Made by a program: the position numbers and the translations under genes
Assembly (NCBI GenBank): GCA_036785375.1
Contig: JAWMAR010000027.1
Location: forward strand, 6,572,001-6,636,000
Length of the DNA stretch: 64,000 nucleotides
Direction of reading: 5' to 3'
Source of the DNA: Leucoraja ocellata
Taxonomy: Eukaryota
The notes under the pieces: model-generated
Told to the model about the DNA's origin: nothing
Databases searched by the model: none
Seen by the model: only the letters and a program-made list of their open reading frames with translations
Shown here: positions 40,690-55,855 of the stretch, piece by piece
How the letters are laid out: each line of letters starts with the position of its first letter
Numbering within the stretch: position 1 is the stretch's first letter

Positions 40690-41450
40690 TCAACATAGAG
40701 TTATAAAGCCACTGAAACAGGCCATTTGGCCCACTTTGTCCTTGACCAACTGAGTTGGCATACATACTGAGATAGTCCCATTTGTTTACATTTTAGTCTA
40801 TAGCCCCTAAACCGTTTCTTATATCCACATATCTGCCCAAATATTTTTGAAAAGTTATCATTCTAAATGCATCTATAGCTTCCTTTGTCAGCTCATTCCA
40901 GATACCGATTATCCTTTGAGTGAAAAAGTTGCCACCGAGGTCCCTCTTAAATGTCGCCCCTCTCACCATGAATTATTCCCCCCAGTTACAGAACCCCCTA
41001 CCCTTGGAAAAAGGCTGGGAAACCCTGGAGAAACATCTTCAACTGGATGCATATCTATTACGCTCCTGGGTTAGTTATATATCGCTTGATCACATAATTA
41101 GAGATTATTCAAGTGAAAGATATGGGAAAATTATAACCCATGTAATTCAGCAGACTGAAAGAAAGGCTGCTACTTTCCTGAATGTTTGGAGGATTTGAAA
41201 TAGACAATAGACAATGGGTGCAGGAGTAGGCCATTTGGCCCTTCGAGCCAGCACCACCATTCAATGTGATCATGGCTGATCATCCCCAATCAGTACCCCG
41301 TTCCTGCCCTCTCCCTATATCCCCTGACTCTGCTATTTTTAAGAGCCCTATCTAGCTCTCTCTTGAAAGCATCCAGAGAACCTGCCTCCACCGCCCTCTG
41401 AGGCAGAGAATTCCACAGACTCACCACTCTCTGCGAGAAAAAGTGTTTCC
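40690..41450 (-). mobile_element. Two CR1-like 3' fragments (about 40690-41020, old; 41198-41450, young)
   Basis: Reverse tail tagacaatagacaat..ggtgcaggagtaggccatttggcccttcgagcc, matching the 24.5 kb copy. Confidence 0.75.
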
Positions 41451-42223
41451 GAAAGGAAATATTTAGGAGAAAGAGCAGATTTGCAGGAGTTGAAAATGAA
41501 GAATAGGATACATTGTCACCAGCAGGTGATTTTCATTCAAATAAAAAATGCACTGATAATAATGTAACCGTGTAATTTGTCCATACAATGTGTGCACATT
41601 GCAACAAATTTCAAGCATCAAATTGATAATGGTACGTTTTAACCTTTCCTTACTGGATGCATCGTCACAGCTGTTCAGTATTCACTTGCACAGCTCCCCA
41701 TGTTAAAATGCTAAAACAAATCAATCACACCAATATTAATATTTCATGAGAATCTTTGGAATACACTGTTAATGGCTCAGCATGTGACAATGATTTAAAA
41801 GACCAACAACTTCTGTCAGTCAGTAACTGATTGATAAAATTCTCATTTAAAATTCTCCGCAAAATATGATCCCAATTGATTTAGTAAGGAACTCTTGTTC
41901 GCTTTAAAACAATTGTATGGATCACAATGTGTCTTTTCATGTAGCACCTTGGCCCATGGCACATTTTAGTCATAATCTGTGAATGGCTAAATGCACTGTT
42001 GAACTGGGAATGGTTTCCATACATCACATAATAATGGTGAAGTTCAAAGTCAATTACTAAATGTAATCTGCATTTCCAAACACGACCGATAAACTGTTGG
42101 GGTGTTTGTACATCAGCCCATTGTGTCTGGAATTTGAGGCAATTGGCAGGCAACATGCATTTTTTCATATTGCGCTGAAACAGTTGTTTGTGTCTACATG
42201 CTTTCTACAGGCCTTAAATGCAT

Positions 42224-42490
42224 TAGTTTAGTTAAGAGATACAGCATAGTAAACAGACCTATCGGCCCACTGAATCCACGCTGGCCAGCGATCACCTGTA
42301 TGCTAGTTCTATGTACGGGGCCCAATTAAATACAAACTTGCACGTCTTTGGAATGTGAGAGGAAACCGGAGCATCGGGAGAAAACCCATGCAGTCACGAG
42401 GGGAAGCGTGCAAACTGCGTAGAGATAGCGCCCTTAGTCAAGATTGAACCCGGTTCCCTGGCACCGTAAGGCAGCAACTATACTGCTGCG
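42224..42490 (-). mobile_element. HE1-like V-SINE
   Basis: Same family motifs. Confidence 0.75.
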
Positions 42491-43624
42491 ATTTAATGTT
42501 TTAATATGATTTAACACTTAACAGGTCTTAATGCCAGCAAGGATTCCTGCGTGACCCGTCCTTGTCTGAGTCACTAGCAGGAGGATATCAGCAAAGATAA
42601 CCATTGGATTTCAGAAGGGAGCTGGTTACCCCAATATTGCAGTCATTTCCATTTTGGAGAGAGAGAACCCGGCCATTTGCTGCTTGCCCTGGACACCTAT
42701 TTCCAATAGCTCCGTCCTATTTGTCTGCCTGAAACAATGATACCTACACCCATCTCTGACCTGCAACGAGAATAACAATATTTTAGATTTCTTGCTGGCA
42801 TGTGTCACACACGTTTCTCACTGGTTTGGTCATATCACAAACGTAGCTTCAGATACTTTCCCAACAGAATATCCATCAAACTGGCCCATTTTCACCACTG
42901 CATGCACCTCATGGTCAAATCTGCCACAAATCAACCCCCAGCAGTTGATGCACAAGCTTTCAGTGAAAACTGTCTCTTTAAAAGCTCCCATCTTTTATGG
43001 GAGTTTATCGTTTTAAGTGTAGGTGGCATTGCACTGAACATGGAAGATATTGCCCAACCAAGGGCCCCATTAAATTTCATATGCACAATAAGCACAAATT
43101 TAATTTGTACACCACAGCATTTTCCAACATAGACATCTTTCTCTTTACTAATTAGAAAAATGCACATATCAATTAAAACAAAACCATAATTTTTCAGATG
43201 ATAATGATAACTTAATCTAATAATTTATCAGCAATTCCCACAACATTAAATTGCCAAGAAAATTATGCTGAAAAAAATGTGCGCTAAAATGACCGAGCAC
43301 AGGGCCAGTTTGTCAGTTCATTATGTTGCAACTCACACATGAACATCATTTGATAATTTGAATGTTGTTCACATTAGTCAGGCTGCTAGCAGAAGAGCTT
43401 GATTAAGGGCAGGTCGCCACTTCCTAGCAGATTGGAACTTACTGCCTATTTCCACTGCTGGAAGTCACTGCAGAGTTTCGAGAGCACGCTGTGTATTCTT
43501 GCTAAACTAGAGTTGAGCATTCCCCTTTGCAGTTCCTTGTTGAAGAATCACAGATCCTTTATGGGACAAATGTTCCCATATTATGCAGCAAGTAGATTTA
43601 AAGGTATATTGTTTGCCTATAATC

Positions 43625-43945
43625 GCAGCACAGTGGCCTAGCGGTAGAGTTGCCGCCTTACAGCGCCAGAGACCCAGATTCGATCCTGACTACAGGTGCT
43701 GTCTATAGGGAGTTTGTATGTTCTTTCTGTGACCTGTGTGGGTTTTCTCAGAGATCTTCGGTTTCCTCCCACACTCCAAAGTGGTGCAGGTTTGTAGGTT
43801 AATTGGCTTGATATAATTGTATAAATGTAAAATTGCCCCTAGTGTTTGTTGGGTAGTGTTAATATGCATGGATTGCTGATCAGTGGTGCTTGGTGGGCCG
43901 AAGAGTCTGCTTCCACGCTGTATCTCTAAGCTAAACTAAACTAAA
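43625..43945 (+). mobile_element. HE1-like tRNA-derived V-SINE, near full length
   Basis: A box TGGCCTAGCGG, B box GATTCGATCC, V-domain ggtttcctcccacactccaaa, (CTAAA)n tail. Confidence 0.85.
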
Positions 43946-45456
43946 ATATAAGTGATGGGCTGCTAAGAGAGCTGACATACACTTAGTGGGCCAAATGGTC
44001 CGATTCTATCACAAGTAAACATGGAAAATAATGTGAAGTAATACAAAACTATGTCTACTCATTAGTCCACAGAAATCAATATACAACAGACTTCAAAACG
44101 AACGAGGGAAAAGACTGAACCAGAAAGTCATCCCTCAAGTGCAATCACTTTTACCAGAAAGCATCTTGGGCTTTCCATCCAATTCTGTTCACTAAGGCAT
44201 AAAGACATTCAAAACAAGAAGACATCAGGGTGGGAAGCTACAAAGCGGAATACTAAATCTGTTTAAATGTCAATAGATATGTGGGCTTTTTAACCCTGAA
44301 AGGAAATAAATCAAATAAATAGGGAGAACAATTAACACATACCATAAAGAGAAGATGGATAGTGTCTACATACTAAATATGGCAAAACACACTTCAGTAA
44401 ATTTGAAGACTTCTAATCAATTAGACCATTCAGCGAAATAGGTTGCGAATGTAATATTTAAGCATAATGATGTACTAGTATAATAACATGTTGACTGTTG
44501 CATGTAATTCTGATCGGCATAAGACTGTGTATTCTGGGGAAATAGTAGTGAAGAGCTACAACACTCATCATTAACATCACAGGAAAGTTTATTTAACTTG
44601 AATAGGATTTTTTTTCCCCATCAAATTAAAAACTTGCTTAATTACCGAATCATGAATGAAAAAGGGGACAGGAGTTATCAAAATAAAGGCTTGCACATTC
44701 TCGCAAATCCACTGTTTGAATATTCCAGAATGATTGAAATCTCAATGTAATACTGTAAAAAAAAACGAGAAAATGTATCCTTGACTGTTGACACCAAAAC
44801 TTAATATTGAACGCTGTGTGATCATTTTAATTTGCACCCAACTAGTGAATTAAATGTTCCTAAAAAGTAACTTAAAAAAAAAAATCAGTATTCTGACAAG
44901 TTTTGATCTATTCTTATTTAAAAGTATTTTTAAAATGTTTTAATTCTATCATTATCAGGGATAATTTGGGTTGCACACATTTTTTTCCTTTGTTCTCCAT
45001 ACCATTGTTAGACGCGAAAGCTCGAGTCACTTAGTAGAGATATTTCAGGCAGGCAGATTAAACATTTGCTTCCCCAATGCAGGCTGTGATTCCAGACCTT
45101 GCATTTTGAATAACCTGGGGCATCAGCAGAAACATTGTATGGTGCCTTGAATAATGTTATACTGAGAACGTTATGTATTTACCAGAATCAAAAGGAGCTA
45201 TAGTCAAAAGAAACACACTTCCATAAGGATTATCATATCTGCCGTGAAAGCTTGCTGATCCTTTAGGTTCTTAGGCTACAATTTGATTACTTGTTTCATG
45301 AATGTCACTCAGCAAAATATAACACATGTCCTTCTCTTCACCAGTTTCCATTTATTCTTCATATTGCATTATCTCTTCCCACACCACAACACATACATGA
45401 TTTTGTTGACTCGTTCTGAACACCCTTGTTTGCTTTGTACACTTTTCTAAACTTTA

Positions 45457-45975
45457 GGTTGAGGGGTGACCTGATAGAAGTATGTACCATTATGAGGCAT
45501 AGATAGAGTTAAGTGCCAGAACTTTTCTCTAAGGATGGAAAATCAAATACTAGAGGGCATAGCTTTAAGGTGAGAGGCGGAAAACCTAAAGGAGATGTGC
45601 GGGGCAGGATTTGTTTACACAAAGGTTGGCGATTGCCTGGAACAGGGGTCAAGAGTCAAGAGTGGTTATTGTCATTGAGATGGAACAATGAAATTCTTAC
45701 TTGCAGCAGCACAACAGGGAAGCAAACATAGCACTCTATAAAACCTGATGGTTGTGGGGAAGAAACTGCTACTGAACCTAAATGTTACAGTTGTGGAGTT
45801 ACAGTTGTGGAGTTACAGTTGTGGAGCCAGACACAATAGTGCCATTTAAGAGATTTTTGGATAAGCACAAGGATATGCAGGGAATGGAGGTTTATGGATT
45901 ATGTACAGGCAGATAAGCATGGTCTTGCCATCATTTTCAACACAGACATTGCAGGTCGAAGGGCCTGTTCCTAAT
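45457..45975 (+). mobile_element. CR1-like fragment interrupted by another LINE tail (about 45648-45790, -)
   Basis: SNTRGHSFKVRG motif; internal aagagtcaagagtg..attgtca; 14-bp unit gttacagttgtgga x3 at the junction. Confidence 0.65.
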
Positions 45976-47396
45976 CGTTCTAATATGAGAATTTGTTTAC
46001 ACTTTCCAAACAGATCGCACAGTTCATTAGAATCAAAAAACAGACAATAAACTCACAACCATATGCTCATAATTAGCAGTAGCTTAATCACAGTATTATG
46101 TTCCATTCAACATATATTCTTCATAAAGTGTCAGTTTCTGTACTATTTCATGCCTGTAACCATATGGCTTGGAAATGAATGTTTTAATTTAGGCTGGAGA
46201 CACAAGGTAATGCAAATGCTGATTGACCAAAAAATATATAAAATGCTGGAGTAACTAAGCAGATCAGATGGGTCCCACCTGAAACATCACCTATCCACCT
46301 TCTCTGAAATGGTGCCTGGCTGCTGTGTTACTCCAGCACTTTGTCTTTTTTGATATTGTATCAGTATTCATCTAACAAGTGGCTAAGACACAGGTATTCA
46401 GTTTGATTGTTAATCTGCATGGTCTTTGGGTGGAATATCATGTTTGTAATACTTAAATAACATTTAGCTTACAGTCAAATACGAAATAAGTAAACTCACC
46501 AATATTTTCTATTTCAACACCTATAGCCAACTTTCAATAACTCACTAAATATTGATGTAAAATTCCCTTTGATTTTCAATTGTAATTCTATTGTCATTAA
46601 ATATTCAGCCACATCAGCCAAACCTGGTCAAAGACTCTAGGTTTCCAGTGAACAACAACACATGACAAGTCAATGGGGATGGAATTCAATCACGTAACAG
46701 ATGTTCTTCACAAGCTGCTAACCTAATGAAAGCAAGTTATACCCCTGATAATCAGAGCAAAGAGAAAACATCAGGCATTCAAGTGATTCACTTTTGCAAG
46801 AAATCTACCATCAACATTGACACATTTTATTGAGCAGATTTCATTTGAATGCATTGTGTGTTTCTAAAACAGTGCTGGCTGTAGAATCACATTGTTGCAC
46901 AGGCATCACCAAAAGTACAGTTCTGCAGCACAAATGTAAACAAGGAGGAAGTGATGACGGGGGAATGGTTACTGCCATACACTCTACATGTTATGAAACT
47001 CACACCAATTAACAGTACGATGCAAATGATCTCATTGACATCCAGACATCAGCATTATGTGTTCGCGGCTTCATTTTTTTCGATAAAATCTAATTTCTCT
47101 TGAGATTGTTTTGGGACTTTCCTGCGGCAATTGCAAAACCAGAGTTGGTATAGCTTGTTAACAACTACTGAGACTGAGAATTCCTCTGTCTATAAGGAGC
47201 AGCAACAAGGTAAATAGGTTTTGCCATTATGGTTCAGTGAGGGAGACTAGGATTTTAGGCAGGGTATAAAGTGGGCAACATCAAATCAGCCACGTAATTG
47301 GCCATATACACATGATTTGTCTTTCAATTCCCCTCCCGTGAGGGATGGAAAGGGGAAAGAACAAAGGACCCGGAGTGGGGGGACCACCTTGAAGGT

Positions 47397-47429
<33 letters not shown>
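47397..47429. repeat. Poly-G (33 nt) inside a G-rich repeat fragment (about 47350-47560)
   Basis: Read directly; flanked by three diverged GAACA(A/G)AGGA units. Confidence 0.9.
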
Positions 47430-50400
47430 CGGGGGAGGGGGGGTGGGAGAACAAAGGAGGAGCTGGCGTGGGGAAGGGGTGGGGGTGAGGTGAACAGAGG
47501 AGGACCTGGTGCGGGATACTTTGTGACTTAGTCAGAGCCGTTTATGTGATCATTATTTGCTCGACCCGAAACATCATCCATTCCTTCTCTCCAGAGATGC
47601 TGCTTGTCCCGCTGAGTTAAGCCCCTCCCACTTAGGAGACCTAAACAGCAACCTCTGGTGACCTTGCCCTCCACCCAAAAAAAAAAATCAAGGTCGAGGT
47701 GACCTGCAACCTCCTACCACCTCTCACGCATATGTTGAAAACCGTCCTCGACTATGAAGAAATCCGGCTTCGACTAGACCTGCGACTAAAAAATTATCGA
47801 TTTTTAAAAGACTCCAGCTTTTTGTGTCTATCTTCGAAGCAAAGAATTTCACTGTGCCTTGTCACATGTGACAATAAAGTATTGCATTCCATTCCAATTC
47901 AAAGCAACAATTTGAAAATTAGGAAAAATGTCTAATAGGCACCCAACGATATTGGTATAATCATTCAGTGAGGCCAAACAGTATTGGTGAGATGGATTTA
48001 ATTCCCACTCTTATGATATATTGAACATTGAAAGCTAATTTGGGATTCTATAATTAGCAGTATGCAGAGTAATGTTTTATATTATTTCATCTTTAACAGC
48101 ACAGACACCCAGTGAATCTGTGGATATGGACCAGGGATCTAAATAACCCCAGCCAGCAAAACTGGATGCATTTGTTCCTCAGAAGGTGCAAGACATCACT
48201 AGTAAATTCACCTGTCCAATGCTGACAAGAGTGCTGGCTTCATTACTCACGATTACACCCAAGTCTACTTCACCCAAAGTAATCAAAATATTATTTCTAC
48301 ATCACAATGCAGAGGTCAATCAAATAGAATTCAGAAATAAAATCCTCAATGCCATAACAAAAAAAAAAAAACAAAGACGGCAACAACCTCTGGGCGAAAG
48401 GGAACTGAATAATTACTAGAAATCTTTCCTTCAATTTACCTAAACAATCTGCAAGTCTCCCATGGATACCAATGTTAAATATTTAACGCACTGCAAGATC
48501 TGCCATGGAGACCACTTATGTTCTTTCACAGGACGTCACGCAGAAGTACTTCATAGAGAAGCTAGGATTTTAGCACACATGAACTTTGTTCAGTCTTTCA
48601 CCAGCCCTCCACTGAAAAGGTTATTAGGAAACAGTGCAAACTGTGTGCATGGCAAGGATTTTAAATAAACTACCCATAATAGAAAACAGATTTGCCTTTG
48701 TCACAACACAGTGGATACTCAATTGTGACTATCGCCTTTTATCTGACATCATTTCTGCTGAAGTTATTTTCTTCTGCATTTCTTTATCTAGCTCGCATGC
48801 AGAAGTAATAATTGTATCAATGCTTAATTTTTCTTGCCACCATTCTTTGATGATTTGTTCAATCCCAAAAGGCACCTGATTTTTACTCCCTACCACAGAT
48901 GATGTAACTCTTCATGTGTCTGTTGTTCATGAGCAAGCCTTGCTATGAATGCCCGAAGGTTCTCCAATCACAGGTGGCATTAGGTCAGGTCACAATGTAT
49001 AAGAAGGAACTGCTGATGCTGGTTTAAACCATAGATAGTCACAAAAAGCTGGAGTAACTCAGCGGGACAGACAGCATCTCTGGATAGAAGGAATGGGTGA
49101 TGTTTTGGGAAGAGAGTCTTCTTCAGGCTAGTTAGGGAAAAGGGAAACGAAAGATATAGACGATGATGTAGCGAGATAAAGAACATTTAATGAAAGATAC
49201 AAAAAAGTAACAATGACATAGGAAACAGGAAATTGTTAGCTGTTTTTTCGGTGAAAACAAGAGGCTGGTGCGACTTGGGTTGGGGAGGGATAGATAAAGA
49301 AGTAAAAGATAATTCCTTTTACTAAATATCACATCCAAGTAAAATTTGAATAAATTAGCATATTTTTTACAATTATAATCAGAATACAAAATGCCCCAAT
49401 TATGTTGACAGTTGTAGTTCCTCTCCAGGGTTCCATTTCTGAGAAATGTTAATAACCTGAACAGTATCCAAGTCAGAAATGAACAGAAACAGTAATGCAG
49501 TGTGTGGAAGAGGATCACAGAAACAGGTCCCAACCCGAATTGTCACCAATGTATATAGAAATAGAAATTAGGTGCAGGAGTAGGCCATTCGGCCCTTCGA
49601 GCCTGCACCGCCATTCAATATGATCATGATCATATCTTCCAGAGATGCTACCTGACCCGCTGACCCACAAATCAGCACTTTGTGTTCCACACAAGATTTC
49701 AGCATCAGCAGCCCCTTGCGTTCACAGAAATAGCTGCGACCAGACACCGAGCAAGTGTGGAAAGACTGGCCGTCAACCATCTCCATTAACTTGGTGATTG
49801 AGGAAGAGAGACTGCTCAGTGCCTCCAGCACTGCTCAGCTCAACCCAGCCACCGATGGTTGTGGTTTGGGATTTGGGGTGGGGGAGGGTCAAAGAGGAGA
49901 TGGAGATGGAGATGGAGGCCGTGCAAATGCCCTGGTCCCACCTGACGCAAATAGCTTGGAATCCCGCAGTAGCCAACAAGTGCACCCCATTCCATCCATC
50001 CTGCCGGTGTTTAAACACTTATTCATATATTTTGGCTGTTCATAAGACAGGCGTTTGTAACCTGATGGATGAACTGTACAGTCAAAAGAAGAATTACTCT
50101 GGTCTTTATCCTCAGCTCAGCCAATTCCATCCAGAAGTAGCAAAAATATATATATTTCAAATTAAATTAAAGCACGATGATTCAACACAGGCATTTGAGA
50201 ATCTGAGTCTTTTGTTCCTTTCTAGTGTAATATTATCAAGGATAATCAATACAACAAAATTCTGATGTTTTGTAAATGATACCATGCACAACAGTGCTAA
50301 ACATTAGGCTTGTATCTTTTTTTTTTAACAGGGATACAACTAAATGTTTCTGGAATCGGCTAAAGATTTGTTGCACCAGCCTCAATGATCCACAACAAAA

Positions 50401-53400
50401 TCTTATCCATGAAAGATACCATTGTCTATACTTTATCTGTTATCTTTGGGTACCCTTAACCCACAACTCATTAAATTCTGTGCTCCACTAATCAATTCCA
50501 TGCTGTGAACTCAGAGATCCAAATCGCCTGAGGCGTGATCAAATTTCAACCTTCTAACTGTGTTTCCTGTGGTATAAAAGATATCCTATCTCCTCTGTGT
50601 CTTATTAACCCAGGCATCACCCCTTCCCCTTTCAATAGTTACAAAATAAAGATTCATTTCACGTCTTCTTTTCCGTATAAACTATTTTGCTCTTTCAACT
50701 GGTTGGAAGTCCAATGTCCCTCGGAGTCATGACACAGCTGAAATTGTCCCTTGTGTGTGTCGGATAGTGGAAGTGTGCGGGGGTCACTGGTCGCCGTGGA
50801 CTCAGTGGGTCAAAGGGCCTGTTTCTGCGCTGTATCTCTAAACTAACTGAAAAACATTGTCCCAATACCTGTAATATTTTACACTTTTTTAAAATTTTAT
50901 GAACAATTTCATTCTTCTTAAAAGTTTATTTTACTTCTCTTTCAGTTGCTTCAATTTTCTTCATTGTTCAGTTTGTCGGAAGGTAAAACATTCAATTTTC
51001 AATGGCAAGCATGCTCGTTGTCGACTTTATAATGTCACATGCACAGGTACAGTGAGTTACAGGAAAAATGAAAATCTTGCTTGCAGCAGCATCACAGGCA
51101 CAAACACGCAGACAAACACACAAAGACGTTAAATTGCATATAACATTTCGAAAAGACAGTAATAAAAATGACATGAGTGCAAAACACAACATTACAGATG
51201 TGACGATGTTTTCAACCAAACACATTTAATTTTATTTTTAAAGCAGGCAGATTAAAGCAGGAAGCTGAGACCCCTCAGTATAATAGACTTTTTATTTTTT
51301 AGCATGCAAAGGCTTGAATCCTTGTCCTTAAGCTCGCAGCCTGAACCGCCTCATGAGACACACACCAGTCTGTGGGCCAAGTGAAGCGGGAACATTTATT
51401 TTTGTCTCCCCCTTTCAGCAGAAGCCTTTAAACATGCAGAGCACCACACTGACCAACAACCCCTACTCTGTGGCATTTGCTCTGATCCAATACAGTATCC
51501 AAGAGTGGTTGTGGAGCCTCAGTACTCTTCAATGGAAATTTGATTAAAGCATTTCTAGAAATTGAAGGGTTGTACTGAAAAAACGGCTAAGATCTTTATG
51601 AATGACCAAGAAAATTCTAAGTGCAACATGACCTTGTCTCACTCACGCCCTTACACTCAATAGGAAAATGACTGGTCATGCCCAATCCAATAAACCATTC
51701 AACAATGGCGAACTTACTTTCTGACTGCTCACTCACCAGTGAGTCAGCCTGTCGACCCAACTCCTACTAAGTACAGAAACTCCATCCCTAAAGCACTGGG
51801 AAAATACCTTTACCAGAAGGGCTGCAGTGGTTTAAGTTCAGCCACTTGAACTTGAGCTGGAGCAAGTCAGCAGCTCGCCATCGCCTTCTCAAGGGCAATT
51901 AGGGACAGGCAAAAACTCTGCCTTTGTCACCAATACACAGAACTTGAAAAAAATAATGAATTAATGGATTTATTAATAATGAATCCATTAATAATAAATA
52001 AATAAATAAACTGAATATTCCTGAAGCTGATTTCTGTGGAATCAAAGAAACCCTAACATCCAGATTTGTTTGCCAGATGTTTTCCACATGCTGACGTTCT
52101 GTTCCACCCCCAATCTACAATCTTTTCTTGCCTGATAAAACATTCAGAGCTAACGTGCCTGTGTATTGTAAACTACAGTATGTATCTCCAGCTGCAACCA
52201 TTTTTACAACATTGTTTAAACAATCGTTATATGCAATTTATTTTGTACAATGTTTTAACTCCCTAGTATTTACTTTATCTATCTATTATAACTTATCTTT
52301 TCCTTATTACCTCTCCCTTATTATATATTATGTCCTGTGTTGACCTTATAATTAAAACAACGACCTTGCCTTCCCAAACACTATCTTATTTCTGATTAGC
52401 TCACCTCGTTACTTAAAATAAATGTTTTTCCCTTTAAGGAGTGTCCACACCATCCAGTTAACAAGAAATTGGCATAAGTACTTCACAAAAACACCTTGGA
52501 GCTTATAGATTGACTCGACTGTAATGCCCCGTCTATGTCTGAAAGATGACAATCTCCCACAGTCACAACCAAATCCTGAACACTAATCCTCATGACCTTT
52601 CATTCCAATATGCCTCCTTTACCTTTATTAATACATTATTGACATAGCATTTACCTTGCATGAGAAACATTACTGTACTCTGCAAAACTAATCTGATCAA
52701 CCATCATACCCTTGATGGTTGCTGAGAATCACCTACCGGAGTGTGTTACTTATTTAATATGTAAATTCTTCAGTTTAATTTCCGTGATTCATTTTTGTTT
52801 TCACTATGGAGAGCGGTCTTTTTCTCGTGGCCTTGGTGATTAGATCAGTATCAACATTCTGCACTCTAAAATCATGTGGAGATGCAGAAGCTTCCTCTAG
52901 CCTTAAGACAAATTCTAGTCTAAATCTACTGTAGGATACATTTGTTCATTTATTTGAAAATAATTTACTGTTATAGTCATTCATATGTCACTGATTCCTA
53001 TAATATCAACCTAAAATGAGCCATGGATGATGATGAAAAAAATCTAATGATGCATTTTAGCCATATCCACCAAGATGACCAGGCATCAACAATTAGGTTG
53101 ATGCCATAAGAACACATGCATAATGTAACATTGACACATGTCAGATGTTCAGAAGACCCACTGGCAATTAAATATCGTTGCCTTAGAAACAATTGCATCC
53201 TTGCACACTAAATAAGATTTGGCAGCTTTTCGTCATTAATTACATTTCATTGCCTTACAAAGAGATCCAGACTCTTGTCTCTTTAATTAAAAGAGAGAAA
53301 AACATTGAATCTATGACTCCTTGGTAATGAGCATGACCAGATTTTTGTGCAACAGGGATGAACCTATGCATTAAACAAAATGACCTATTTGCTCTCTAAA

Positions 53401-54659
53401 GGCACCATGCAGTGTGCAATCACTCGAATAGTCTTTTTTTATTATTAATCCAAATAGATTCTGTTTCACTTCATACCCGTCCTGAACATATTCCATCGAA
53501 GCTTTGATTCCGTCATATTTTTCCCCCCTTTGTGATTAAATACAGAGTGGAAATATTAGTAACACCTTATTATTATATGCATTTCTAAACTGGTCTCTTA
53601 TAAATATGCAGTCACCATGTTCCAGGATTCATGAATTCATAAAAGCCATTTACCCCCACACATAAATACATTTTCAATAAATCAAATGGGATCAAGGAAA
53701 GAGCGTTCACGTCGCAGCCCTGTTTCCACTAATCTTTCCACCACCACGCACAAGAAGTGCAAGTGCAGATGCTGAGAGGTGTGTTCAGCTCTGGCTGAAC
53801 AACTAATATTGTGTGTGGACTCAATAAGAAGAATAAATCAAATCAAAATGTAGTTTTATTGTACATAGAAAAATCTTGAAGTTCAAATGACGATTGCTTA
53901 AAAGGAATAATAAAACCATTCTACCTCAGAATATAGCTCCTTCTCTTTCCAGCTAAACTCTGCCCCATTTGATCTTTAGCTGAGATTGCTTTAAGTATCT
54001 TTAGTCATAGAGTCAAATAGCAACAAAACAGGCCCTTCAGCCCATCTTATCCATGGCAAGCATGATTCCCCATCTACACTCGTCCCACCTGCCTATGTTT
54101 GGCCCATATTTTTATAGTCTTCATAGCTTATCGCATGCTGAATGTCAGGGAGCAGTCCTGCTTGCCATTTCTTTGCCTCCATGCTGCATTTTCTCATTGT
54201 TCTGGCCAACCCTCTCACCTCCAATCTTCACTATTCAAAATTCCAATGCTGACCTGTATTCATGCACGTTACTGGCTTCTGCTCTGAGGCAACTTCTAAA
54301 TCTTCTTTTTGGCTTGCAATTATGGTATAGATGGCATGATCTCATTGCACAATGTATTGGTCAAGGGTCTTTCGCCACACTTTCATACCATAATCAGAAG
54401 AATATGATGGTTGATCAAGATAATTGTTTTAATTCAAGGTTCACATTTGCGTTTAAGCATTGAGTGGCCAGCCTCAAACTGTTATGCTGTCTGTACGATT
54501 TTACTGTAAAAACAGTAACTTTGTATGTACTTTGCAATATCTTGACGTTATGATAGGTACAATACAAATGTGTGGTTGTGCTTCTGTTGTCTTTGCAACC
54601 TTGAGTTAAATCTAAGTTTAAGGCTTTTAATTGATCTATTTTTATTTAGGCTTTACACT

Positions 54660-54968
54660 TAACTTTAGACTTTACAGATACATTGTGGAAACAGGCCCTT
54701 TGGCCCACCGAGTCCATGCCAGACAGCGATCACCCATACACTAACACTATCCTACACACTTGGGACAATTTACAAATTTACCAAAGTCAATTAACCTACA
54801 AACGTGTACGGCGATGGAGTGTGTGAGGAAACCAGAGCACCTGGAAAAAAAACCACGCGGTTACAGGGAGAACGTACAAACTCAGTACAGACAGCACCCG
54901 TAGTCAGTCAAACCCGGGTCTCTGGTGCTGTAACGCAGCAACTCAACCAATGCTTCACCGTGCTGCCC
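54660..54968 (-). mobile_element. HE1-like V-SINE
   Basis: gaaacaggccctttggcccaccgagtcc...acagacagcacccgtagtca. Confidence 0.8.
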
Positions 54969-55855
54969 CATATTTCCCATGCATACCTCCTTTCATTCTA
55001 TCATTGGTGGCAATAACATTTGTTCATCCCACTGATGGTGTTTGGAGCTCCCCTCGTGAACCTCATCAACACGTTACTGCACTCTTGCCTTCACAAATTT
55101 ATCTTTTTAAACAGAGTTTGTGATTATAACACCAAACATTTCTCCTACCATCTGGCAACCATTTATCTTGTATGAATAACCTTCAATATTTGCAGCATTA
55201 TATAAATTAGCTTTTTCGTTGTTACAGTCATTCTTTATAGCAAATTACCCATAATTATTTTACACAGGATTTCACATTCATTGCAGCCTGGTTAAAATAT
55301 AAGCAAAGGTTGAACCGATATTACAACAAAAGACTTGGAATTTAAATGGAGAGGATCGCTCAAGCTTTTATTGAAGGCTGGGTTTTGACTGTCCCAGATG
55401 GATTGCTCAGGAGAAATTAATACTCCTAGCTATGTGATGATGCTCCCTTGCAAATTTCTAGCACATTTCATAGCAGCTTGATGAAAACACTGTTTGATAG
55501 TAGCTCTTCAGCCGTCCCTGACTTTGAAGATCTCACTTTATTATAATAATGGCAAATTGGAATGGCAGTAATTATCTTGAAAAATCACAAGCGGAGGACA
55601 TTCAAAATAAATGGATTGAGATAGGCTGCAAGCAAACACATCCGATGTCTCAATTCAATTTTACCAATCGTTTCCGCTTTACATTATCTATGTGTCTGTC
55701 ATGCCACCTTATTTACCAAACAATTGAATGTGTGCTGGGTAGAAAAAATGGTTAATATAAAAACTAAGATTAATTTTTTGTGTCAGCTTTGTTCACTATT
55801 TTGTCATATAGTATCGTCAATATCATACAATATTCAACTTCTGTCGTGACAGACA

